64,000 nucleotides of DNA. Source: the human T2T-CHM13v2.0 reference genome, Homo sapiens. The stretch lies in NCBI RefSeq assembly GCF_009914755.1, contig NC_060935.1; one strand, given 5' to 3'. The translations under genes and the position numbers were made by a program. Under the pieces are notes generated by a model, which worked only from the letters and a program-made list of their open reading frames with translations, was not told where the DNA came from and did not search any database. This document shows positions 28,692 through 43,882 of this stretch, in pieces (position 1 is the first letter of the stretch; each line of letters opens with the position of its first letter).

Positions 28692-29474
28692 GATTGTGAG
28701 TGCACCAATCAGCACTCTGTGTCTAGCTCAAGGTTTGTGAACACACCAATCAGCACCCTATGTCTAGCTCAGGGTTTGTGGATGCACCAATCGGCACTCT
28801 GTATCTAGCTAATCTGCTGGGGACTTGGAGAATCTTTATGTCTAGCTAAGGGATTGTAAATACACCAATCAGCACTCTGCATCTAGCTCAAGGTTTGTAA
28901 ACGCACCAATCAGCACTCTGTGTCTAGCTCAGGGTTTGTAAATACATCAGTCCACAGGCTGTATCTAGCTAATCTAGTGGGGAGGTGGAGAACTTTTCTG
29001 TCTAGCTCAGGGTTTGTAAACGCACCAATCAGCACCCTGTCAAAAAGGACCAATCAGCTCTCTGTAAAACAGACCAATCGACTCTCCGTAAAATGGACCA
29101 ATCAGCATGATGTGGGTGGGGCCAGATAAGGGAATAAAAGCAGGCTGCCCAAGCCAGCAGTGGCAACCCACTCGGGTCCCCTTCCACACTGTGGAAGCTT
29201 TGTCCTTTCGCCCTGCAATAAATCTTGCTACTGCTCACTCTTTGGGTCCACACTGCCTTTATGAGCTGTAACACTCACTGCGAAGGTCTGCAGCTTCACT
29301 CCTGAGCCAGCGAGACCACGAACCTACCAGAAGGAAAAAACTCCGAACACATCCGAACATCAGAAGGAACAAACTACAGACATGCGGCCTTTAAGAACTG
29401 TAACACTCACTGCGAGGGTCCACGGCTTCATTCTTGAAGTCAGTGAGACCAAGAACCCACCAATTCCGGACACA
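28692..29474 (+). mobile_element. LTR12 (ERV9) solo LTR, lacking the 5' GC-rich U3 part
   Basis: Tandem CACCAATCAGCAC(T/C)CTGTGTCTAGCT units; GGGAATAAAAGCAGGCTG TATA region (~29132); AATAAA at 29217; canonical end GAACCCACCAATTCCGGACACA. Confidence 0.95.
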
Positions 29475-29925
29475 ATTTCACAGAAAACAAAATAAACAAA
29501 GAAGCCCAAGAAACTCCATCTCCATCCATCTCTCCTCATTCCTTAAGTTAGAGTTTCCTTAAACTTCTATCATTCTATACAGTCCATGGTTTTTGCCATA
29601 TTTGCATATCTCCTGACATACTATTTATTCAATATTTTTCTTGAATATACTTGAAACTGACTTCCTTTTCTTAAAAAGAAAAAAGTCACCTCATTCTAAA
29701 CAATAAACTATTCATTCAACAAATATTTACTGAGCACCCATGTCCACGGCAAATGTGATCCAGTGAAGAGTAATACAAAGTCTCTGACCTCATGCAGCTT
29801 ACATCCCAGTGGGGAAAAACAGACAATGAGCACACATGAATTATCACGTGTGTGATAATAAGTGTACCTTCGTGTATAATATGTAAGGTGATGGTAAGTG
29901 GAATAAAAAAAAATTAAGCAAGGTT

Positions 29926-30230
<305 letters not shown>

Positions 30231-30697
30231 TTAAGCAAGGTAGAGGGAAAGAGAGTGGTGAAGAGGGTATCTTATTTTAAATAAGATGTTCAGGGAAAAC
30301 CATTACGATAAAGTAACATTTGAGTACACATCATGAAATTGAGAGCTAGAAGTGCTCATCATTTTTTCTAATACCCATTAAAATAAAAGTAATATACATT
30401 AAGGTATTTAAATATTTAAAAGTAAAAAATGTCTGTTCATGTACCATATATTCTTAGCTAATATATCACCATGGTAAATGCACTACCCTTTCAGGAACAC
30501 TATTTTATGCCAAGTAATAAAAGGAATATGAAGATTAAAATTTAAGGGTACATTTGGGTTGGAAAGAAGGAAGTAAAATTATTTCCATTTGCAAATGGCA
30601 TGATTTTGTATGTAGAAAATCCTAAGGATTCCACTAAAAAACCTATTAAACTGCTGAGTGACTTCAAGTAAATGTGCAGGATACAAAATCAATATTA

Positions 30698-31008
<311 letters not shown>

Positions 31009-31780
31009 TCAATTTTATTTCTATATACTAACAACGAACAATCTGAAAATGAAATTAAGAAAATAATTCTATTAACAATAGCAGCAAAAATAATAAATCA
31101 CTTAGAAATAAATAAAAGGAATGCAAGACATGTATACTGTAAATTATAAAACATCATTGAAAGAAATTAGACATAAAAAATGAAAAGACATACCATATTC
31201 ATGGATCAGAAAATTTAATATTGTTAAGATGGCAATTCTCCCTAAATTGATTTACAGACTCAACAGAATACCCATCAAAATGCCAGCTAGCTTCTTTTCA
31301 GAAATTGACAAGCTGATCCTAAAATTTTATGGAAATGCAAGGGATACAGGACAGCCAAAACAATCTTGAAAAAGATGAACAAAGTTAGAAGACTCTGAGT
31401 TGCCAATTAAAAAAAAATACTAAAAAGTAACCAAGACAGTGCAGTACTGACATAAGAACAGAAACAGAGATCAACACAACAGAATCCAGAGTCCAGAAAT
31501 AATCCCTTACATTTATGGTCAACAGATTTTCAATAAGGATGCCAAGACAATTCATGGGGAAAGAAGAGTCTTTTCAACAAACTGTGCTGAGAAAACTGGA
31601 TATCCATATACAAAAGAATAAAGTAGGACCCCACCTCATACCATATTTAAAAATAAAGTAAAAAATGTAGTATAGCCCTAAATGTAAGAGCTACAATTAC
31701 AAAAGCAACGCTGGAAGAAAACAGAAGTAAATCTTTATGACATTGGATTAGGCAATGGTTTCTTAGATATAACACCAAAA

Positions 31781-31781
31781 G

Positions 31782-31829
<48 letters not shown>
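31781..31829. repeat. (GC)5(AC)n microsatellite
   Basis: Read directly. Confidence 0.95.
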
Positions 31830-31831
<2 letters not shown>

Positions 31832-33302
31832 GGACATGAATTGTACTATGTCAAAGAAAAGAACTTTTGTGCTGTAAGCAATACCATCAAGAAAGTGAAA
31901 AGACAGCCTAAATAATGGGAGAAATTTTTTGCAAATCATGTATCTCCTAAGAAAATTGTATCCAGAATATATAAAGAATTCTTTCAACTCAATAATAAAA
32001 AAGTAACCCAATTAAAAATTAGACAAAGGATTTGGAACAGAAATTCTCCAAAGGTATAAACTTGGCCAATAAGCATACGAAACAATGCTCAATATCATTA
32101 GTCATTAGGGAAATACAAATCAAAACCACATGAGATATTACTTCACATCCACTAGGATTTCTATAACAAAAAAAGACAGATAAAAACAAATGCTAGTGAG
32201 ACTGTAGAGAAATTGGAACTTTCATTCCCTGCTGGTAGAAATGTAAAATGGCACAGCCACTCTGGAAAACAATTTGGTAGTTCCTCAAAAAGTTATACTC
32301 AGAGTTACCATATAAACCAGGATGACCCACTCCTAGGTATCTGTTCAGAAGAAATGAAAATATATGTCCACACAATCACTTGTACATAAATGTTCATAAC
32401 AGAATTACTCATAGTAGCCAAAAAGTGGAACTAACCCAAATGTCCATCAACTGATGATAAACAAAATGTGGTATATATCAACACAATGGAATATTATTCA
32501 GACATAAAAAGGAGTAAAGTACTGATACATTCTACAACATGAATAAACCTTGATTCCACTTTTGTGAAATGTCCAGAACAGGCAAACCTACAGAGACAGA
32601 AAGTAAACTAGGAGCTGCCTAGCACTGGTTGAGGGTGGCAGAATGGGACATGGCTGATAGGAGTACGGGGTTTCTTTTTGGGGTGACAAAAATGTTCTAG
32701 AATTAGATAGTGGTAATGGTTGTACAACTCTTGTGAATATATTAGAAATCATTACATTATATCAATGAATTTTACAGCATGTTAATTACATCTCAATATA
32801 GACGTTAAAACTTAAGAGCTAAATAAATCTTTTTAAGTGCCTTGGAGAGTGGGTGTGAGTGACAACACAAACGACACATCAAGCATATTTCCAATGTCAA
32901 GGTGCACCACAGCCTAGGTGAACACCACCATCACGGAAGCTGAACAGTTTACAAACAGTAGTTCTCTCCCTCTGATTGGTATCCTCCATCACATTGGCCA
33001 AAATGAAGTATATCTGGATGTGAAAGTTAAACATATTTATTTATGGCCACTGATGACCTTAATCCTGGAGACCATCTTACTTATTACTTTGGTGCAAATA
33101 AGTGATTGGTTTTGATGATAAAAATAAGTCAAGTCCTAATTCTTGATAGCATTTATACTTCCTTCCTAATCTCAAGATGAAATGTACTAGCTCTAATTTT
33201 AACTTCGCATAAGCTCTCAGGGTTGTGGTTTTAGTGATGGTGATAGGGAGTGGTATGTTAACTGGAAAGAGAGGAAGCAGCCAGTAGGCAGGGGATGATT
33301 AG

Positions 33303-33581
<279 letters not shown>

Positions 33582-35804
33582 TAACATTAGTGATGGTGAT
33601 GATGATGATGATGATAAAGTCAATCTTGCCCCCAGGGCATCTACGCACACTGGCTCTAGTGAGATACTCTCTACCTGTATCAGCCCAGTGCCAAGTAAAG
33701 TGCTTGGCATATCATATTGCTATATGTACAACAGAGAAGGGAGAGAAAAGGCAACCTCTGGACATTTTCTCAGGCCAGTTTTCAGGGTCCTCAGGAAGCA
33801 CAGTGCTATAGGAATCAACTTGCTAAGCATCAGTTTTCAACTGTAGCAATGATCACAGTAACCATCACCATCCATGAAAACAACATTTGACCTGCTCTAT
33901 CAGTTCCAGGGCAGGCCCTTGGAGAAAAGGCAAAAGATTTGTGGCATGACCAGAAACTGAAACATGTTAAAAAAACATGATGAAAAACATATTCTTTCTT
34001 TCCCTGAGTTTCTGCTTTCAGGAGGGTAGACTCACTGCTCTGAAATGCTATCATGCAGTTGTATATGAGAACACAGAGCCAACTTACTAAGAAAGAGAAA
34101 TGTAGTTGACTCTGACATCTGGGTGGCTAAGAAGAAAAATCCTGTGAAGATGTAACCAAGAAAGAAGCAGAACAAAATTGCTTCCAGGCCCATGACAGGG
34201 ACCCTTAGTCACATTTCTCCAAGAGTGCAGCTGCCATTCTCAGAAGTGGCCTGGGAATTCAGGCATCTTGAGCTGGCACTGCTGAGAACCTCACAAGGGC
34301 GCACTAGGTTAGAAACACAGATGCCTACTCACCAGCCTCCCCACCAACTGCTCTCTCTGGGCCAGGTCTATCAGGATCAGAGAATAATTTGGGACTTGAG
34401 GAGCTGAAGGCCAGGTTAACCCTTTACACCTGAAGCTCAGGCTTGAGGACTCTCAGCATTCTGGCTTCCTGGGCTACACCATTTCTCCCCACCTCCTACA
34501 AGCAGCCCCAGGCCCTCATCTATGCTTTTAGCCTGATATCCTGGCTAGTCAGACTGCAGGGAGAGAAGACGCTCCTAAAGCAGAGGAAATGCCCATGGGA
34601 ATGGAGCAGAGACTCAAGCATGATGAGAGGCTTCTTTGCTAGTTCCCAGGCCCTCAATGGCAAAGTCTAGGCAGAAACTGCATGTTTAGAAAAGGAAATT
34701 GTTCAATTAGCATATACCATCCATCCAAAGTTCCTCAAAAACACAGCTCTGACAAATTATAGACAACTATCTGAAGAGTAACAATCCAGAGAAAGGAATA
34801 GAATAAGGTACCTCTGGAACTTTTCTACAAACTGCATCCAGACAAACAGGCACAGTCGCAGGCCCCGAGGGGCAGTGGAAAAACACCTGCCTTGAGTCCA
34901 GCCCTGCCTCTGACAACTGCTAGTTATGTGACCTTGCTCCAGTGAGTGTCAAAGACTCACTTTGTCACTATAACAGCCATAATAGCAATATGACCTACCT
35001 CCCATGATTGCCCTGTCTGGCAATAGAAGCTTAAAAAATGTTTGTTCTTCCAGATCACACTTCCCTAGGTATTTGGAAGACAACCTCTCCATTCCCAAGT
35101 CTGAGTCATCTTTCAGACTCCCTAGTACTATCATTCCATTCACTGACCCTATGTGAGGCACTGTGCAAGGTGCTAGGATATTAACATGGAAGACACAGTC
35201 CCTGCCCTGGAGAAGCTAACTGTGAAGGGAGACAAGAAAGTAAAAAGTGGACTCCAGGAAGGCCTCATCAGAAGGTGACATTTGGATTAAGCTTTAATCT
35301 GTTACCCACAGTAAGGGGACCTAAGGAAAAGCAAAGGAGCATTTATTATGAGACACGCTGCTAGACTTTTAAACATGTAATTATAACAGCCAAAGTTACA
35401 AGCACTTCATGTGTATTAAGTCATTTAACCCTTTAACAACCCTGTGAGGTGGGTACTATTAATATTTCACAGGGTTAGTTACACTTTACCAAGGAAACCA
35501 AGATAGAGAGCAGTTAATTAGCTTGCTCCAAGTCACACGGCTAGAAAGGGGCAGGGATTTATGACCAGGTGGCCTGCACCAGCTCTGGGCCAGGACCCTG
35601 TACTGCCTCCAACTGTCTTCTAATTTAGTTCTCACCATTCTACAAGGTAGTGATAATACAGTCTCCTTTTTTCTGATTAGGAAATTTAAATTCAGAGAAA
35701 TTAAATGACTGGACCAAGATCACTCACCTAGTGAAGGAACAGAGCAGGAATGTAGACCCAGCTCTGTCTCACTCCATTGTCCACTTATTTTCTTTAACAT
35801 TGAT

Positions 35805-35925
35805 GGGGTGCTTTAAAATGCAGAGTCCCAGGCCCCACCTACTGAACGGGAATCTGTGGGGATGGGGCCTAGGAATCTGCATTTTAGTAAGCGCTTTAAA
35901 TCAAGCTTATATGCCCTTAAGTGCA
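35805..35925. mobile_element. MER5A-like hAT MITE fragment
   Basis: TTAAAATGCAGA.TCCCAGGCCCCACC...GGGGCCTAGGAATCTGCATTTTA internal palindrome. Confidence 0.7.
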
Positions 35926-38120
35926 AAAACTTGTGTCCCACAGCATGTTCTCTAGGGACTTAATGGAGTCACGACTCACCATCTTCCCAAGAATCTGCCT
36001 AGCTATGTGCAACTAAAAGATGGCACTCAGCCCCTCTTCCTCCTACCCCCATCCCATTAGCTTCTTCCACCACACAGAGAACCACTGGCCCTCAACCACA
36101 AAGGAACGCACACACCACGGGATCCAGTGAAAGCATTACCAATGGCTCATCTAAGCCATTTCGTCAGTCTCCAGGTGTGCTCCGTCTTCCTGTATTTTGA
36201 AATTACTCTTCCTGCCACCCACCCTGATCCCTTTGCTTGCTTTCTCCTCATTTCTAAGCTCCTGGGAAAAAGAGTTTATATCAGTCATACACTGGTGGTC
36301 TGCAGAAGCAAAAACATGTCTCACTTGGCCTTCCTTTTATTTTTAAATAATTTGAATTAGTTGTCAAGCTTAAGAAAGCAGGTGAATAGAAAGAAAAATT
36401 CAGATTCTAGCTTCTTTTGAAAAATGAGAAAATTTACCATCACTGTGTGCACTCCTATATGACAACAGTGGGCCAGAGCTGAGCACAAGTGGCCCAGTTA
36501 GATGCCGCGGCTCCCTCCACCGCAGCGCTGTGCCTCCTCATCCATGGCCTCCACCTGGTCCACTCGGCTCTAACCTGACCTCCCAACCAGCAGGTAAGTG
36601 TCGCAGCTCTCTAGCCTGCATCCCAGCAGGAAGGGTTAGGAGGCACGGCATTGGCAACAGCCACACAAAACCTCCTGGACGGCTGGGCAGGAGCAGTGCA
36701 GGGCACAGCCTCCTGGCTGCTTGAAACCCCCATCAATTCCCCTCACTGCCACAGGAGGACAGACCTCCCGGAAGGCTGACAGCTTTTGCTCAGTCCAGCC
36801 TTCACCAGACAACTCTCTACCATCCTGAGTGCCCTTTCTCCCTCTGACCCGATCCCATCACCTGATCCACAGAGGCTCTCTCAAAGGTCCAAGAAGGGAC
36901 CGATGAGAGGTCAGTCTCTGAAGGGAGCTCTTTCTGAGGGGTGCCCCACCTCTAAGAATGGACCTTCCTATCCTAGAGCAAAAAACCTGTCTGTCCTTGT
37001 TTAGGTGACATTTCTAAATGTCTGTCTGATACTTTTCTGCAGGCATAAATGTGGATGTGACAGTATGCCTTGCTCTTGAAGCAGGAGACAGCTGAGCCCT
37101 GAGTGAAGAGGAAGAAATGCAAGCATTTGGAGGAAAGCCTCCCATTCTGCTGAGGTTAATGTCACCACTGAGAGGAAACGTAAACATTGCCCAGCACTCT
37201 GCTTTATAGCCGAGGTAAGAAGTCAAGATGCCCGAAAATAGGAAACCTCTCAACCACATGAGAGAATTTCTGCTACATCTATGTTCCACTACTCTCCTAA
37301 GCAATTCTGCTCACGTGGAAGTCAAAGTTTAGGCAGCAGCCTAAAGGGACAGAGAAGGTGGGAATGGGAACAGAGCTCTTGTGTGTGTTCTGAGAACATG
37401 GTGAGAGCCAGGAAAGGGCCAGCAATACAGTGACAGTATAGTGACCCAACAGTGTGCAGCTGTGGCCTGATTGCCCTGGGACCAACCTGCCTACTCATCC
37501 TGCCCAGCAAACATCTCCTCAGACCCTCTTTACCTTCTTGCCAACTCCTTCCTGCACCTCTCCTCATCCATGGGCCCTGGCCAAGGACATGAGGAACAGA
37601 CTGGCAGCTCCCCAGAGGAGGGCTGCCAAGAGTCTCAGCAACCAATACTGGCCCTCAGATTCTAAGGAGCTTAACAAATGCAACTAAATCAGGATGATCC
37701 TTCTCCGCATGGGACTTCAACCTCACCCTCAGCACTTGTGTCTTCTGGATCCTCCCATCAGCCCCTGTTCTTCCTGAAGCAGCAAGGCCTCCTGCTAAAT
37801 TCCTGTGGAAAAGCTCCCCTGCTTCCTAGAAAGAGCTAAGCTCACCAATGCTATAAGCAAAAGGCACAGCCCCTCTCTGCCTAACCTCCCGACAGATCGA
37901 CGACTTGCCTGGTTCTCTAAGGGATAAAAGGGCTCCTAGAAACATACTAAGAACCTGAGCCCCTTTCCTTCTATCTTCTCAGTGCTGCCTCCATTCTCTC
38001 CCTGCCATACCTCCCTTCCCCTGACCTGCCCACACAACCCAGAGCCGCTGCAAGCTTCAGTAACCTTAGATTAAGTTCCTTGTAAGTACCCAAACCAAGA
38101 TTCTCAAAAATGTGAGCTTT

Positions 38121-38414
38121 CGCCTGTAATCCCAGCACTTTGGGAGGCAGAGGCAGGAGGATTGTTTGAGCCCAGGAGTTTGAGACCAGCCTAGGCAACA
38201 GAGCGAGACCCTGTCTTTACTAAAAATAAAAAATTAGCAGGAGGTTGGTGATGCACACCTGTAGCCCCAGCTACTTGGGAGCCTGAGGTGGGAGGATCAC
38301 TTGAGCCCAGAAGTCCAAGGCTGCAGTGAGCTATAATCATGACACTGCACTCCAGCCTGGGTGACAGAGTCAGACCCTGTGAGAAGAAAAAAAGAGAAGA
38401 GAAGAGAAAAGAAA
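38121..38414 (+). mobile_element. AluJ, 5'-truncated
   Basis: Dimer with an AG-rich tail. Confidence 0.88.
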
Positions 38415-40344
38415 TACCAGGAAGGATTTTCTCAAGACTGTCCCATTCCCTACAAAACAGTAAACCCTTTTCTCCTTCACTACTTCTATACACATTGTAA
38501 ATCTTAGATCTTCTCCATTCCAGCCCCAGGTCCAGAAAGCCCTTCAAGGAAAAATGTAATGGGGATAGTGAGCCTGGTCAAGTGGAGAGGAACCAACATT
38601 TGTTTTGCTGGGAGGTCAGAGGATAGGTGGGTGTTTTTACAGGCCCCCGTGAGGCTGAAATCTCCCTCAATCAGCCACAGGAAAGACAATTTTTTTGTTG
38701 TTGCATAATAATCAGAAAAAAAAGTAAGAACTTTTTCCATCTCTTCACTGTCCACTTATCATTCCCACATCCTCCTTCCCAACCCTCCTCCTCAAAGAAA
38801 GCCCTTTAAGTCTGCTTTTTCAACCTCAACCATTTTTCAATCCCTTTTCCTGCCAGATGGTCCTTCTCCACTTCAGTGCAGATCCTGCAGAGGTTTAAAG
38901 CTGGGTTTACACACTTCCTGAAAGCCTGAATTGGAGTGAGGTCTTGTTAGGCAATTTCAGGCCAAAGGAAATCTAGTTGTTTCTCACATAGTTTTAAAAA
39001 CCTAGACATGGCTGTTTCTGCCATTCTGGAAACTCAGCCTCTCAGCAAGTGGCTTATCCTAGCTCTGTCAAGACTATGGCACCTACTCTGCCCAATATCT
39101 TGTCACCACTTGGAAAAAGGAGGCAGATTGGAAGCCTGATCCATAAAAAACCCTGCTCCTGGGGACCAACCACTGCCCTCTTTCGCTCTGGCAAGGAGAA
39201 CATGGTGGGTCCTGCAATTTCGATGATCCAGAGGCCATAGTCCTATCTTAGAGCAGCACCTTCACTCTGGCCAGCCACATCTCACTGGATGACATTTCCT
39301 GCACATGCCAGGAATGTTCATGCCGCCAAGCTTTTGTTCAACCAATTCCTTTGATTTTCAGTGTCCCTTGCCCCCCATTCTTTCTTAAATATCCAGTTCA
39401 AGTGTCAACTTCTTCCTGACTCTAAGTCCTGACCTCCTTCTCACCCTTCCCACGCTCTCTGGTCTAGCTGAGCTCAACCTGACTGATGGCAAGCTGCCTC
39501 CTCTGCTCTAGAAGAAACTTATCATCCACAAGCTGCACCTTCTCCGAGTAAGACTAGGAAATAATAAAGGCTAAAGGGACTGGGCAAAATCCTAATACCT
39601 CCGTTTTACCACAGATAGCTTACGGAGACTACTCCACCTCTATAATGAGAACACAAAGAACAATGAGAAGCCATCTACAAAGAACAGTGGGTACTCAGAG
39701 CCCAGTGCTACTGGAAGTCTCCGGGCTGGGGTTTAGCTTTCCCTCCAGCTCTCAACTTCAACACCTCCTCCCTCATCCTCACTCTTTTAGCTGCCTCTGC
39801 TTCCGATTCCACTAAGAACAGATCCTCAATGAGCTACACTCATCACATGTACTCCCCACCAGCATCATGGCTCCTGTCACCCCATCTATTCAAAACTCTC
39901 AAAACCATAGCTCCCATTACTCAAAGTAAAAGCCAAAATCTTTACAATGACTTATAAGGCCCTCCATTGTCTGGGTCCCTTTTATAACTCTGGCCCCATT
40001 TCAACTACTCTTTCTCCTTCACTGTCTCCACTCCAGCCACACTGTCCGATACCATGTGCTCAAACACACCAGGTGTGTTCCTACCCCAGGGCCTTCACAC
40101 CTGCTGTACCCTGTAAGTAGAACTGCCCTCCCTAGATAGGGTGAACAGCAGTTGGGCTCCACAGTCCAGGCCCATCTCTAGTTACCTCTGGCCTTCCCAG
40201 TGAAGGGTCTGACCCACTTACAGCAACCACAACCACTCAGAAAATTCAAAAGGGGGCCTCCCCCTGTGAAAACCCAAACGATTCTGGGCAGGAGTAGCTT
40301 CAGCCCAAGAACTCAACTAAAATTGCTCTCTGAAAAGCTTATAA

Positions 40345-42017
<1,673 letters not shown>

Positions 42018-42444
42018 AAGCAGTAGAGGGTAGAGGGTAACACTGGAACTACAGATCTTAGATCATTAGGGCTCAATTTCCCTTTGGAGGAAAACCCTTT
42101 TTTCCTCAAATTTGGAAGTAGGAGAAGAAAGCACACCTATATAGCCAGGCTCTGCTGGTTCTATGCATGTATTTATATTTAGCTTGTGTAATCTTAGTTA
42201 CAACTATGTGAAATAGATGCCATTATCTCCATTTTATGGATGAAGAAGCTGAGGCTGAAAGGTTAAGTAATTTGCTTAGCGTTTCATAAGCAGCAGACCC
42301 CAGAGTCTGGAGAGGTTGGCATGAGGCTCTAGAAGTGATACCAGAGCACATTAGTCCTTTGGTCTCTGTCATATCTTGTGGCAGGAAGCCACCCTCCATC
42401 CCAAGTACACCCCTGCAGCCCCACTCTATCTGGATAAAGAATTA

Positions 42445-42785
<341 letters not shown>

Positions 42786-43077
42786 TCAAAATCCCATTTT
42801 TCTTTAAGCCATCTAGTTCAGAAGGCTCTGAGTCAACAACAAATAAGCGTAAGAGATGCCTATCATCATTCTTCCCCATCTAGGGAAAGGGGCTCACACA
42901 CACAGACCCTGGTCAAACAAAGACCTTCCCCCTAACAATGCAGTCTGCTGGAGCTGAGACTGCAGAGAAAGAGTCTGTCCATCCACCTGCCCAACTCCTT
43001 TAAGGGCCATGATGATGACCGAACTTGCCTCTTCTTCCTCCTTTAAACAGAGCAAGTGCTACTTGGCAGTTTCAGGT

Positions 43078-43882
43078 CTGTGCTTCTCAGACTGTGTGCT
43101 GAGGTGCCCCAAAGCCCCATGATGAACTCACAGGGATACTGCTAAATATTTTAAATCTTTGAGGGAAACAGAGCAACACTCAACATTTGTTGAACACCCC
43201 ATGAGTTCACAGCTTCAACAACAGACTGCATTACATTCTTTTCGATGATGTCATTTCTTTCTGAGGCTGGGTTTTCAGCAGTTGCTGTGATAAAAAGCAA
43301 ATACCATGTGAAAAGCAATGTGGAACAGGAAATAAGCATGGCACTAATCAATCTGGTTCCAAGGTCTGATATGCTATGCAGTACCTAGTACATCCCATTA
43401 GTAAGTGTGGTTAAGAATGGAATATAAATATTTTTCCTTTCAATTTCTTGTATCATTTTTTTTTTCAGATGGCTACTCAGTTGTTAGGATATAAATACTT
43501 AATTGTTTAAACCTACTTAAGGCCAGGCACAGTGGCTCACCCCTGTAATCCTAGTACTTTGGGAGGCCAAGGCGGGTAGATTACCTGAGGTCAGGAGTTC
43601 GAGACCAGCCTGGCCAACATGGTGAAACCCTAATTTTACTAAAAATACAAAAAATTAGCCAGAAGTGGTGGTGCCTGCCTGTAGTCCCAGCTACTAGGGA
43701 GGCTGAGGCAGGAGGATCACTTGAACCTGGGAGGCGGAGGATACAGTGACACAACTGCACTCCAGCCTGGGTGACAGAGTGAGACTTCATATAAAAACAA
43801 ACAAAAAACCTACTTATAAAAGAAAACTTAGGTATTTCTTTTGGGCTATGGACACTGTAAAAAAAAAAATTACTGAAACACT
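43078..43882 (+). mobile_element. hAT-Charlie DNA transposon relic with a transposase C-terminal remnant; contains an Alu at 43521-43806 (+)
   Basis: From 43263 it translates EAGFSAVAVIKSKYHVKSNVEQEISMALINLVPRSDMLCST*, resembling the hAT/Buster dimerisation-domain motif; imperfect TIR-like ends. Confidence 0.7.

Noticed and set aside
28700-29105. Regularly spaced ~40-bp repeats superficially resembling a CRISPR-like array
   Set aside because: These are the known U3 tandem units of LTR12, with no unique spacers, in a human context.
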